Source: Scyliorhinus canicula
Lineage: Eukaryota
Reading direction: 5' to 3'
NCBI RefSeq assembly: GCF_902713615.1
Contig: NC_052150.1
Location: forward strand, 156,045,155 to 156,109,154
DNA: 64,000 nucleotides
The notes under the pieces were generated by a model that made no database searches, was not told the origin of the DNA, and saw only the letters and a list, made by a program, of their open reading frames with translations. Within the stretch, counting starts at the first letter, position 1; each line of letters opens with the position of its first letter. Position numbers and translations under genes: made by a program. Positions 1 to 10,996 of the stretch are shown one piece after another.

Positions 1-724
1 GGGACCCCATAGCAGGGTGTCCTCACATGGGGGGTTTGGGTAGTGCCCATGTGTGTGAGGGGGGGGGGGGGGTTGGGGGACCAACAAGCTCACTTAGATA
101 TCAGGGCACTCTTTCAAAATGGCGGCCCAATCTCTGAGTTCAGCTCCCCAGTGCTACAAAACATTCAGGGTGCGAGTCTCCGGAAAGAATTCTGAGTGTT
201 GGAGTGAGCGGGAATTACCGCGAGCTTCCCGGCGCTCGGCCCAGTGAGCCCGGTTACGCATTCAACGTTAATTGGCTGCAAATCAAGGCTCGTTTTTTAC
301 ACAGAGGGCTGTGGGTGCCTGGAACTCGCTGCCGGAGGAGGTGGTGGAAGCAGGGACTATAGTGACGGTTAAGGGGCGTCTTGACAAATACATGAATAAG
401 ATGGGAATAGAGGGATACGAACCCCGGAAGTGTAGAAGATTTTAGTTTAGGCCGGTGTGGTGATCCACCACTGTGTAATTGTGTGTGTGCATGTATTAGG
501 GGATGTACAGCAGTACCTGTTCTACAGGTTCGCGGGTAGCCCCTGCCGGCTAGCTCCGCCCACAGGGAGCCGTAAAAATATGTATGAGTTCTCCTGAGCT
601 GCCTTTTTACCAGCTGCAGTCGGAGGATAAACATCTAACTGTAATAAAGCCTCTCTTGTACCTATTCGAGTCTTTAAGTGCAATTGATAGCGCATCAATT
701 TATTACAGTTAGATTTTCCGCATC

Positions 725-3700
725 ATGAGCATCAGGATAAAACCAGATCGCCTGCAGCTGGATCCGCAATCGCCAAACGCCATAAAAGATTTTAATCACT
801 GACTGGCTTGCTTCGAGGCCTATATCACCTCAGCGGACCCCGCACCGACGGAAGCTCAGAAAATTCAACTTCTCTACTCAAGGTTGAGCTCCAGCGTGTT
901 CCCGCTCATACAGGACACGCCGAATTACGCACGCGCCATAGAACTCCTTAAAGAAAATTACGTCCAGAAGACGAACACTCTGTTTGCAAGGCATGTACTC
1001 GCCACTCGCGTACAACTACCTGGTGAGACGATTGAAGACTTCTGGCGGGTCCTTATCCCTCTAGTACGGGACTGTGACTGTCAGGCCGTCACGGCCACGG
1101 AACATTCCAATCTCCTCATGCGTGATGCATTCGTGACGGGAATTGCATCGGACCCCATCCGGCAACGACTGCTGGAAGGAGCCGTGCTCGACTTAACGGC
1201 GACAAAAACTTTAGCGCTCTCCATGACGGTCGCTTCTCGTAATGTACAGTTCTCGCGCGGCCCACCCATCCTACCCCTCGTGGACCCCACAACTGACCCC
1301 CCCCCCGACTGGGGCCGCTCCCGCACAATATGCCCGCACTGCTCGCCACACCACACACTCTGCGGCCAACAGAAGCACCCCCGCCAGCGCTGCCTAGCCC
1401 ATGCCACCACCTGTAAATCCTGTGGCAAGAAGGGCCACTTTGCGGCGGTGTGTCAGGCCCGCGCAGTTGCCGCTATCGCGCCCGACTTCTCTCCCTTCCC
1501 TCAGCCGATCACACAATGGGCGCCGCCATCCTCTGCTCCCGGGGCCACGTGTGACCAGTGGGCGCCACCATCTTCTCCCCCCAGGTCCACGTGCGGCCCA
1601 TGGGCGCCGCTCCCACAACGTACGCACCATGGGCGCCGCTATCTTCTCCCCCACAGGTACTTTGGACGCCGCCATTTCGTCCTCCCTCGGGACTGGACCG
1701 CTGGACCCGGGTTGCTGCCGTTCCTCCTTGGCCGATCGCCCGCTGCTTGCCTCCATGACGCTGGACCAGTCCCATCCTCACAACCTGGCTACTGCTTCGA
1801 CGACGGTGCTCATCAGAGGCCATGCGACCTCCTGCCTACTAGACTCCGGGAGCACCGATAGCTTCATCCACCCGGACACGGTAAGGCGCTGCACCCTTGT
1901 GTTCCATCCCGCCAACCAGCGGATCTCCCTGGCTTCCGGATCCCACTCTGTCCCGATCCGGGGTTTCTGTATGGTCAACCTCACCGTACAAGGCGTTGAA
2001 TTCAGCGGCTTCCACCTGTACGTTCTCCCCAACCTCTGTGCTACACTATTACTGGGCCTGGATTTCCAATGTAACCTCCAGAGTCTCACCCTCAAATTCG
2101 GCGGGCCCCTACCCCCACTCACCGTTTGCGGCCTCACGACCCTCAAGGTTGAGCCTCCCTCCCTCTTTGCCAATCTGGCCGCAGATTGCAAGCCCGTCGC
2201 CACCAGGAGCAGACGGTACAGCACCCAGGACAGGACCTTCATCAGGTCCGAAGTCCAGCGGCTGCTTCAGGAGGGTATTATTGAGGCCTGGAGAGCCCAA
2301 GTGATGGTGGTTAAAACTGGGGAGAAACACAGGATCGTCGTGGACTACAGTCAGACCATCAACCGGTACACGCAGCTCGACGCGTACCCCCTCCCTCGCA
2401 TATCTGATATGGTCAATCAGATTGCACAGTACCGGGTCTTCTTAACGATTGACCTTAAATTCGCATACCACCAGCTCCCCATCCGCAAATCGGACCGTCC
2501 ATACACTGCCTTCAAGGCAGACGGTAGCCTCTGTCAATTTCTTAGGGTTCCCTTCGGCGTCACTAACGGGGTCTCGGTATTCCAAAGTGAAATGGACCGA
2601 ATGGTTGACCGGTACAGACTGCGGGCCACGTTTCCGTACTTAGATACTGTCACCATCTGCGGCGATGACCAGCAGGACCACGACGCCTACCTTGCCAAAT
2701 TTCTCCACACCGCATCTCTCCTCAACCTCACTTATAACAAGGAGAAGTGCGTGTTCAGCACAAACCGCTTAGCCATCCTCGGCTACGTAGTCCGAAACAG
2801 AATCCTGGGGCCCGATCCCGACCGCATGCGCCCCCTCATAGAGCTTCCCCTTCCCCACTGCCCCAAGGTCCTCAAACGCTCCTGGGGTTCTTCTCCTACT
2901 AGCCCAGTGGGTCCCACAATACGCGGACAAGGCCCGCCCACTGATACAGTCTACTCAATTTCCCCTCACAGCCGAGGCACAACATGCCTTCACCCGTATT
3001 CGCTCAGACATTGCCAAGGCCGGGATGCAGGTGCAGTAGACGAGTCAATGCCCTTTCAAGTAGAGAGCGACGCTTCAGATGTCGCCTTTGCCGCCACTCT
3101 AAACCAGGCAGGCAGACCCGTGGCATTCTTTTCCCGCACCCTCCATGCCTCCAAAATTCGACATTCGTCTGTTGAAAAGGAGGCCCAGGCAATCGTTGAA
3201 GCGATGCGGCAGTGGAGGCATCACCTGACCGGCAGGAGATTCACTCTCCTCACTGACCAACGGTCGGTAGCCTTCATGTTTAACAACACACAGCGGGGCA
3301 AGATCAAAAACGATAAAATCTTGAGGTGGAGAATCGAGCTCTCCACCTATAATTACGAGATCTTATATCCCCCCGGCAAGCTCAACGGGCCCCCAGACGC
3401 CCTCTCCCGAGGTACATGTGCCAGCGCACAAGTGGACCAGCTCCGTGCCCTGCATGAGAGCCTTTGCCATCCGGGGGTCACTCGGTTGTACCACCTAGTC
3501 AAAGCCCGCAATCTGCCCTACTCCGTCGAGGAAGTACGGACAGTCACCAGAGACTGCCAGGTCTGTGTGGAGTGCAAGCCGCACTTCTACCGGCCAGACC
3601 GCGTGCGCCTGGTGAAAGCGTCACGCCCCTTTGAACGCCTCAGTGTGGATTTCAAAGGACCCCTCCCCTCCACCGACCACAACACGTATATCCTTAGTGT

Positions 3701-5165
3701 GGTCGGTGTATTCTCTAGGTTCCCATTCGCCATCCCAGATATTACGTCTGCCACCGTCATCAAGGCCCTCGATTCCATATTCACTCTGTTTGGTTTCCCC
3801 GACTATATCCACAGTAACAGGTCAACAGAATGTCGACAGTCACGAGCGATGAGCTGTGTCAGTTCCTGCTCAGCAGGGGTATCGCCTCCAGCAGGGCGAC
3901 CAGCTACAACCCCCGGGGAAACGGGCAGGTAGAGAGGGAGAACGGGACCATTTGGAGGGCCGTCCAGCTGGCCCTACGGTCCAGAAACCTCTCAGCCGCT
4001 CGTTGGCAGCTGGTCCTCCTGGATGCATTGCAGTCCATCCAGTCTCTACTGTGCACTACCACGAATAACACGCCCCATGAACGTGTTTTTACCTTCTCTA
4101 GGAAGTCTACATCCGGGGTGTTGCTCCCGACTTGGCTCACAGCTCCAGGGCCGGTCCTACTGCGTAGGCATGTCCGGCTCCACAAGGTGGACCCTTTGGT
4201 GGACAAGGTACGCCTGCTCCACGCAAACCCCCAGTATGCTTACGTGGAGTTCCCCGACGGCCGCCAGGATACGGTCTCGCTCAGGGACCTAGCTCCCTCG
4301 CAGGGCCGGCTCAAGGCACCGGCAACTCGGGCAGTCGCCCGGGGCGCCATGTGCTGGGGGGCGCCAGAGACTCGGGTCCCGCGCATGCGCAGTTGGGACG
4401 GTGCCAACCAGCGCATGCGCGGTGGCCGCCCTCCCCCAAGGCGCCCCCCCGCTCGGTCCGCTCCCCCCGCCCCCCCCCCCCCGGTCCTCCCCGCCCGCCC
4501 ACCCCCTCCCCTCGGGACCGCCCCCCCACCCCCCTCAGGATCGCCCCCCCCGCGGGTCCGCGCCTCCCCCCTCGGGTCCCCTCGGTCCCCCCCCGCCTCC
4601 CCTCGGTCCCCCCCGCCTCCCCTCGGGTCCGCCCCCCCTCCCCTCGGGTCCGCCCCCCCTCCCCTCGGGTCCGCCCCCCCATCTCGGCCCCGCCCCCGCC
4701 CCCCCCAGCTCCTCCCTCGCCCCCACCCCGGCCCCGCCCGCGGCCCCCGCCCCCTCGGCCCCCCGCCCCCCCCCCAGACCCCCTCAGCCCCCCCCCCCTC
4801 GATCCCCCAAGGGCGCCGAAGTTCAGCTTGCCCGGGGCGCCAGCAACACTAGGGCCGGCGCTGCTCCCTCGGGTGCCAATCCCACTCCCACACACTTCCC
4901 CGCCCACGCGCCACCCTCCCCTCCCCCGGCGCTCCCAGCATCAGCCCCACCAGGTCCATCCCTCCTTCCCCTGCCCACGCTAGAGGACATGGAAGATTTT
5001 GCCACACCCCCCGAGTCATCCAGCCACTGGCCAGCACCAACACTGCCAGCACCAACACCGCCAGCACCGACGCCGTCGACGCCAACACCGCCTGTACAGA
5101 CATCGCCACCACTGTTGCGTCGCTCCCAACGAACCGTCAGACCACCGGACAGACTTAACCTCTGA
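725..5165 (+). pseudogene. Gypsy gag-pol pseudogene
   Basis: ATG 725 with in-frame TGA at 800-802, several frameshifts and a hAT insertion; ends RRSQRTVRPPDRLNL-stop. Confidence 0.9.
4301..4863. mobile_element. Non-autonomous hAT element (Tip100/MER45-like termini) inserted in the Gypsy integrase tail
   Basis: TIR CAGGGCCGGC...GCCGGCGCTG; perfect 8-bp TSD CTCCCTCG (4293-4300, 4864-4871); internal C-rich tandem repeat CCCTCGGGTCCGCCC. Confidence 0.88.
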
Positions 5166-5599
5166 CGGGCACCGGGTTACAAGATGGACACTTAATTTTT
5201 TTTCCCTCCCCTCTGTAAATAATTCACGTATTCTGTATATAGTTCCACGTCACCCCCGCCGGACACATTTTTACCAGGGGGTGAATGTGGTGATCCACCA
5301 CTGTGTAATTGTGTGTGTGCCTGTATTAGGGGATGTACAGCAGTACCTGTATTACAGGTTCGCGGGTAGCCCCTGCCGGCTAGCTCCGCCCACAGGGAGC
5401 CGTATAAATATGTATGAGTTCTCCTGAGCTGCCATTCTACCAGCTGCAGTTGGAGGATAAACATCTAACTGTAATAAAGCCTCTCTTGTACCAATTCGAG
5501 TCTTTAAGTGCAATTGATAGCGCATCAACCGGCAGCATGGTCGCCGCAGGCTTGGAGGGCCGAAGGGCCTGATCCTGTGTTGTACTTTTCTTTGTTCTT

Positions 5600-8500
5600 C
5601 GTCAGCCGATTTGGCGGCACTGCGCCTGCCGACCCCTGACTAACAAAGTGGAGAAGCACTTAAGCTGCACTTACTCTGCCAACCCCAGCAGGCTCGCAAC
5701 ATTGGTGCTGAGGAGACCAGGCCCAAGATTCAGGGATGCTGACCTAGGGACGCTCCTCGATGCAGTGGGGGCCAGGAAGGATGTCCTGTTCCCCCAAGGG
5801 TCCTGGATGGTTAGCCATAGGGAAGTCAGTGCTGCCTGAGATGAGGTGGCGGCAGCTGTGAGCTCGGGGAATGTGACCAGGAGAACTGACCTACAGTGCC
5901 AAAATGAAAACAGCAACCTACACCTGACAGCAGGAGTGAGTAGACACCAATGCCTCTGGCCTACAGTGCCAAAATAAAGTCAACAACCGACACTGTGCAG
6001 CATGAGTGTGTGCACACCAATGCCCCGCCCCCCGGGACCTGTACACCCCCACAAGAATCCATCCCCCAAGTCTCCATGCGATCCCAACCCTCCCCTTCAA
6101 CCCCCCAACCATCCATTCACACACACCCTCCCACCACTGTGAACCACGCATTTGGCTAACGATGCCCTCTCTGTGTCTCCTCAGGAAAAGCTCGCCTACA
6201 ATCAGCGGGAAAGGGCCCAGACTGGTGGAGGGGTGCCGGATTTCGGAATCCTCACCTCCTTCGAGGAGCGTGCCCCAGAAGTGACTGGGGTGGCCGAGGA
6301 CAGGGCAGTCACCCACACGGAGGCTGGCGGATGCCGCCCTATTAAACATGAGTTGTTATTGCCTTACTGACTGACCCATTCCTCCCACTAACCACATGCC
6401 CATTCTCCTGCAGGTCCTCCAGCCATCGGTGACAGCCCAACCCAGGTAACACCCACTCCAGTCTCCCAGGAGACTAACTCAGAAGAGAGCGCCGAGCATG
6501 CCACCATTATAGTCGCAGTACAGCTTTCATCCCCGCCCTCCACCAGCACAGATACACCTCAGTGGGAAATGTTAGTGGGCAGGTTTCAGAGGCACAATAT
6601 GCCGAACACCACACTGCTGCTGATGCACATCAGATGAAGGCAGGAACTCCCTGGCTAGACAGCAGTCGGGGCTGCTGGGTCCCAAGATTCAGCTGGGTCC
6701 CAGCCTGGTGCTGAGCCTGTGGCACAGAAGTTCTCGGAGCTGTTGGAGACGATAGGGACCATCCGTCAGCGACACTCCAGCAGATCCATAGCCGATTGGA
6801 AGATCCCAAAGGCTACAGGCGCAGGAGATGGCGCTGGTAATGCATGGCACTGAGGCCAACACTGCTAGGATGGCTACTGCAGTGGAAAGCCTGTGCATGA
6901 CGTTAGCACCATTATTGAAGGTATCCAAGGAACTGCGCAGTCAGTGACGGCCATGGTCTCAGCAGACTGACTGTCTCACTGGGGGATGTCACCCAGTACC
7001 AGGCCGACCTTGATGAGGTTCTGCGGGACATGTCCCGCTCTCAATTCCGAATGGCCAAGGCACTGTAAAGCATGGCTCAGTCACTGAGGAGCATCACCGA
7101 GGGCATCGACATGATGGTGCAGACCATGGGAACCGCCAAGGCTGGCAGAGCCAGATGATGCAGGGGTAGACGGGGCTCGAACCAGCTGCCCTTCAATCCC
7201 AAGGTGAACCACAGGGCCCTATGGGCACCGAACGGGCGGAAAAGGGGCTGGGTGCCAACCTCGACCCGTCCATGGAGTGGCGATGGTGGCCACCAGCTCC
7301 CCCGAGTTCCACCCCTCTGAAGAGGTCGCACCTCATAGTCAGCACATGGCACAGGGCGGCATGGTTGTGCATGTGCCTTTGACAAGTGCGCCGGAGTCCT
7401 CCGGACTCAGAGCCCCCAGAGGACGTCCGTCAGGGGCATCTAAAGCCACGGGATGAGGTAAGCAGCTGGCTGCCTCCACCTCAGATATGCAGCCTGGGGA
7501 GACACCTAGACGTAGTGGGAGAGCAGACTTAGTGGTATGGCTAGGTACGCCAAGCACATCGAGAATCACTGAGGGCACCCGGGGAGGGTTTTGGGGAAGA
7601 GTGTAGGTTGGAGGTGAGGGGGATGAGAGTGGGGAGCGTGAGGGCGGCACCAAGTGGGGACTTGTCTTACAAATTAAACACCCTTACGCACAACCATTAT
7701 GGCGCCTCTGTCACTTTGATCCACAATGCGGGCTGACCTCTGAACCTTGGCCCATCTCTCCAGGCATCTCCCCCTCCCCTTGGAACCCACCCACCCTCCG
7801 GCCGTGGATATGTCCCTGGAGCTGTGTCCCATCCCCTGGTGTTCGGATGTTGGCTGCTGCGTGTGTGGTGTTGCCTCCTGCAGTGTTCATGCACAGTGTC
7901 CAGGCATCAAAGTGTGATTGGGATAGAAGGCAATGACTCCCACATGCTACATGGCCCGCCCATCTTCGGGAATTCACTTGGGATGTGTGACTTGCTCACG
8001 ATTGCCAATTCCCTGTCAGCAATAGCCTTCAGCCACACGCCCAGAGGCCTCAGCAGTCAGTGGGGGTTATGGGTGGTCATTGGGGCAGACCCCGTAACGG
8101 TTACACATAATCTATGAGTTGGCATAGCATGGTGGTGGAGCAAGCGATTGACCACCCCAGCTCCTCCCCCCACCCTCTTATGGTGGCCTACCCCTGTCGA
8201 GGGCCCCCCACCCCCTGCCGAGCACAGGGGCGTCAATCCCAGTGCCCCCGGGCTCTTTGCCTGTGTACAAAGGTGGCTACTTATCTCCTCGGCTCCACAC
8301 GGAAGCCCTTCCGCCAGGTTCACGTTTTTCAAAAGGAATACTAATCATCTCATAGTCAGCATACGGGACAGGCCGGCACAGCTGTGCATATGCCGTCGAC
8401 AAGCGCGCCGGAGTCCTCTGGTCTCAGAGCCCCCAGAGGACGCCTAATTGTATGGAAATTGGGTTTAAGTGGTGATAATTGGTTTCTCGCCACACTACGG

Positions 8501-8806
8501 CAAGATCCCGATTTCGCCTACGGAAGCGGGCCCGTTGTATTGCAAACTGTTTGGCACCTGTCGCGGTTCTCGTTTTTGGCCTCTCCCGCTATTCACCAGC
8601 CTCGTTTCGCTTGAACGAGAGCGTAACGAGGTCGGAGAGTCGCATCCACTAAGTGTGGTCTAAACAGGTGAGAAACTCCCCAGGGCCCAAAAATGTGAAT
8701 AAGTGTCATTGAACAGCGGTTGAGAACTCGCCGGCAGAACCGACGGCAAACTCCCTGAAAAAACTGCCACAAACGAACTTAGAACTTTTGGGGGAGAATT
8801 GCGCCC
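5600..8806 (+). mobile_element. PIF/Harbinger remnant with intron-containing Myb/SANT-like ORF; probably also includes 1-290 and extends left of the window
   Basis: PRFRDADLGTLLDAV...RRTDLQC (5720-5930); EKLAYNQRERAQTGGG after an acceptor near 6185; right TIR GGAGAATTGCGCCC ending 8806. Confidence 0.75.
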
Positions 8807-9099
8807 AAAGGATACTTGGCCTGTAGTCCATTTTGAAGGGTATTTGAAATTTAGTTTTTATTTCCTGTTACCTACTGCAAATTACCTACACGACAACAAC
8901 AAATGCACTTTAAAAATATTTCATTGGTGCAAAGTATTTTAAGGTATCCTGAAAATATGAAAACTATTACATTCATGCAAGTTATTTTTTCTATTTAAAA
9001 AAAAAAATTACATTTTGGTTCATCGTTAATTTATGCTTCTTCAGTCTGCTACGAGATCAAGGTTCCTGAAGTTCACTTGTCACAAGTAAGAGTTTGCTT

Positions 9100-9610
9100 G
9101 ATTAAAAGGGAGGTCTGTGACAAGGAGACATAAATTGAAAGTGTATGGTAGAAGGATTCAGAGGGGAGATGAGGAAAGGGGATGGATTCTCCATCGGCGG
9201 GATATTCCGTTTCGCCAGCAGCGCACTCACGGCCGCAGATTTCACGACGGGGTGAGGGTGCCCACAATGGGAAACCCCATTGGCTGGATGGCGGGACAGA
9301 AAATCCCGCTGCTGGCGGGGCACGCTGCACCAGAAAACGGGTGCGGCGGGATGGAGAGTCCCGCCCAAGATTTTTCACTCAGAGGGTGGTGGGTGTCTGG
9401 AACCCATTGCCTGAAATGGTGGTAGAGGCAGAAAACCTCATCTCATTTAAAAGATGCAAGGATGTGAACTTGAGATGCTGTAACGTGCAGGGCTACGGAT
9501 CAAATGATGGAAAGTGGGATTAGGCTTGTTGTCTCATATTTTTGGCCAGTGTGGACATGCTGGGCCTTCTTCTGTGCCACAAACCTTCTGGATTCTACTT
9601 TCTATGATTC
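9100..9610 (+). mobile_element. CR1 3' fragment interrupted by a MITE
   Basis: TRRHKLKV...FFTQRVVGVWNPLP motif followed by a CR1-type 3' UTR. Confidence 0.8.
9179..9366. mobile_element. Harbinger-type MITE (short family)
   Basis: TIRs GGGATGGATTCTCC...GGAGAGTCCCGCCC; 3-bp TSD AAG. Confidence 0.8.
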
Positions 9611-9802
9611 AAACCTGTCTTATAGGATTCTCTCAAGTTGTGTCCCTTTGAGAAGTTCAAACTTATGGTACATTTGAATTAAGTAAATTTGTAACCAGAA
9701 TCGACAAGAAACATAACAAATATTTTGACTTGCTCATTTAATGCCTTGGTAAGACTGTGTGGTAAAATTCAGCATTATCTTTAGCATGCAAGTTTACCTT
9801 AC

Positions 9803-9976
9803 CAATTTCTCCTTCTGCACCAATGACTTGATCTGTAAAAGGTGTTGAGATACTTTGTGATGATGTATCTGGTAAACTGGCGAGTATTCCCTGGAATATA
9901 CTGTCATCATCCCTCCTTAATCTTGACGTTCTTTTATGTAAATGCCATTCAGAATTTTTCTTATAGAGATTACCAT
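9803..9976 (-). CDS. Candidate internal exon of the unidentified minus-strand gene
   Basis: ttctgctttag| and |gtaagg; 174 nt, phase 1-1, open: DGNLYKKNSEWHLHKRTSRLRRDDDSIFQGILASLPDTSSQSISTPFTDQVIGAEGEI. Confidence 0.55.
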
Positions 9977-10204
9977 CTAAAGCAGAATTTATGGACAGAA
10001 TGATTCATTTAGCTTTCTCTTAAATTTAAAAAAATGAAAAGCTACTGAATGCAGCAAGTCGCATTGGAACACAAATGTATAATTCAGAAAAGATCAGCCA
10101 GCTTTTTAAATAGTAATGTAGACATTTAGTGGCCTATGGTATGCCATTGCCTGAGAAGTGGTATTCTGATTTATCAGATGGTAGGTGCCAGGCTGCCCAA
10201 ATAC

Positions 10205-10264
10205 CAGAGGAAAACCTGAACAATCTACCACCACGATTTGCGATTTGTATTTCATGAGAAGTAT
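10205..10264 (-). CDS. Candidate internal exon of the unidentified minus-strand gene
   Basis: Acceptor ttctttctcctgacctcag|, donor |gtattt; 60 nt, phase 1-1, open (DTSHEIQIANRGGRLFRFSS). Confidence 0.35.
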
Positions 10265-10996
10265 CTGAGGTCAGGAGAAAGAATTTCAAGCCACTTGTCA
10301 AGATTTTTTTTAAAGTAAACATTTATTTAAAAAAAAGAAAAAATGAAACTTTAAGACACAATACATTTACACAGTTAACATAACTTTTACAACCATTTCC
10401 CCAAATGACTTCTACTTAATTAACTCAGAGTTTAACATCCCTTTTAGGCAACAGTACTCATAGATTCTAATCTATAAAATTCCAGTAGTATTATCACAAA
10501 TCCACTGTTGCTATGGGGGAAATCTTACACAGGCTTTTCTCTCTCTCTTATCTGATGTTGAGAAGCTAAAACTTGTCTCAAAACTTTGCTGACACAAACA
10601 TTTTTCTCTGAGGGTGATGGCAGCTTATTTTCCACAGATCTGTTTCTAGAACACATTACTTCAGGATCTCATAACCACAAACCACATCTACCTGCAGTCA
10701 TCAACGTCGCTTTAAATGTTTTTAAATTTTTTTTTTACTCTTTCACCTTTAACGCCATTGTTTTACATTCCTTTTCTCAGAATGTACAGACTTTCATTGT
10801 ATTTTTTTATGCCCACCACTTTTGGATGAACATAAACTTAATACTTTGCTTTATTTAATTTACGATATCCTCCAATTGTACATGTTCCTTTTGAAATACA
10901 ATAGTTAACTTCATGCTCTTCACTTATCTTGCAAATCAAATTTCCATTCATGCAGCTCCATCTTAGACCTGCTCAATTTCCACTTCAAAACACTTG

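Larger units (their letters stand above)
456..5527 (+). mobile_element. Full-length decayed Ty3/Gypsy LTR retrotransposon (Mag-like)
   Basis: 242-bp LTRs 456-697 and 5286-5527 (TG...CA); 5-bp TSD gccgg/accgg; PPT agggggtgaa 5276-5285; gag zinc knuckles, protease LLDSGS, RT YLDTV, RNase H DAS, integrase HHCC and GNGQVER. Confidence 0.96.
291..5600 (+). mobile_element. CR1 LINE 3' fragment split by the Gypsy element (291-455 and 5528-5600)
   Basis: The two halves join to match the uninterrupted copy at 56950-57183 (FFTQRxVGAWNSL tail, gggccgaagggcctg 3' UTR). Confidence 0.88.

Noticed and set aside
4520-5095. CRISPR-like or regular repeat arrays
   Set aside because: Simple tandem repeats without unique spacers, in a eukaryotic context with no cas genes
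4311-5165. Several long Pro/Gly-rich ORFs
   Set aside because: Stop-free frames created by the C-rich hAT MITE; not genes
9045-9085. Short plus-strand segment with acceptor and donor
   Set aside because: Isolated, with no partner exons or recognisable product
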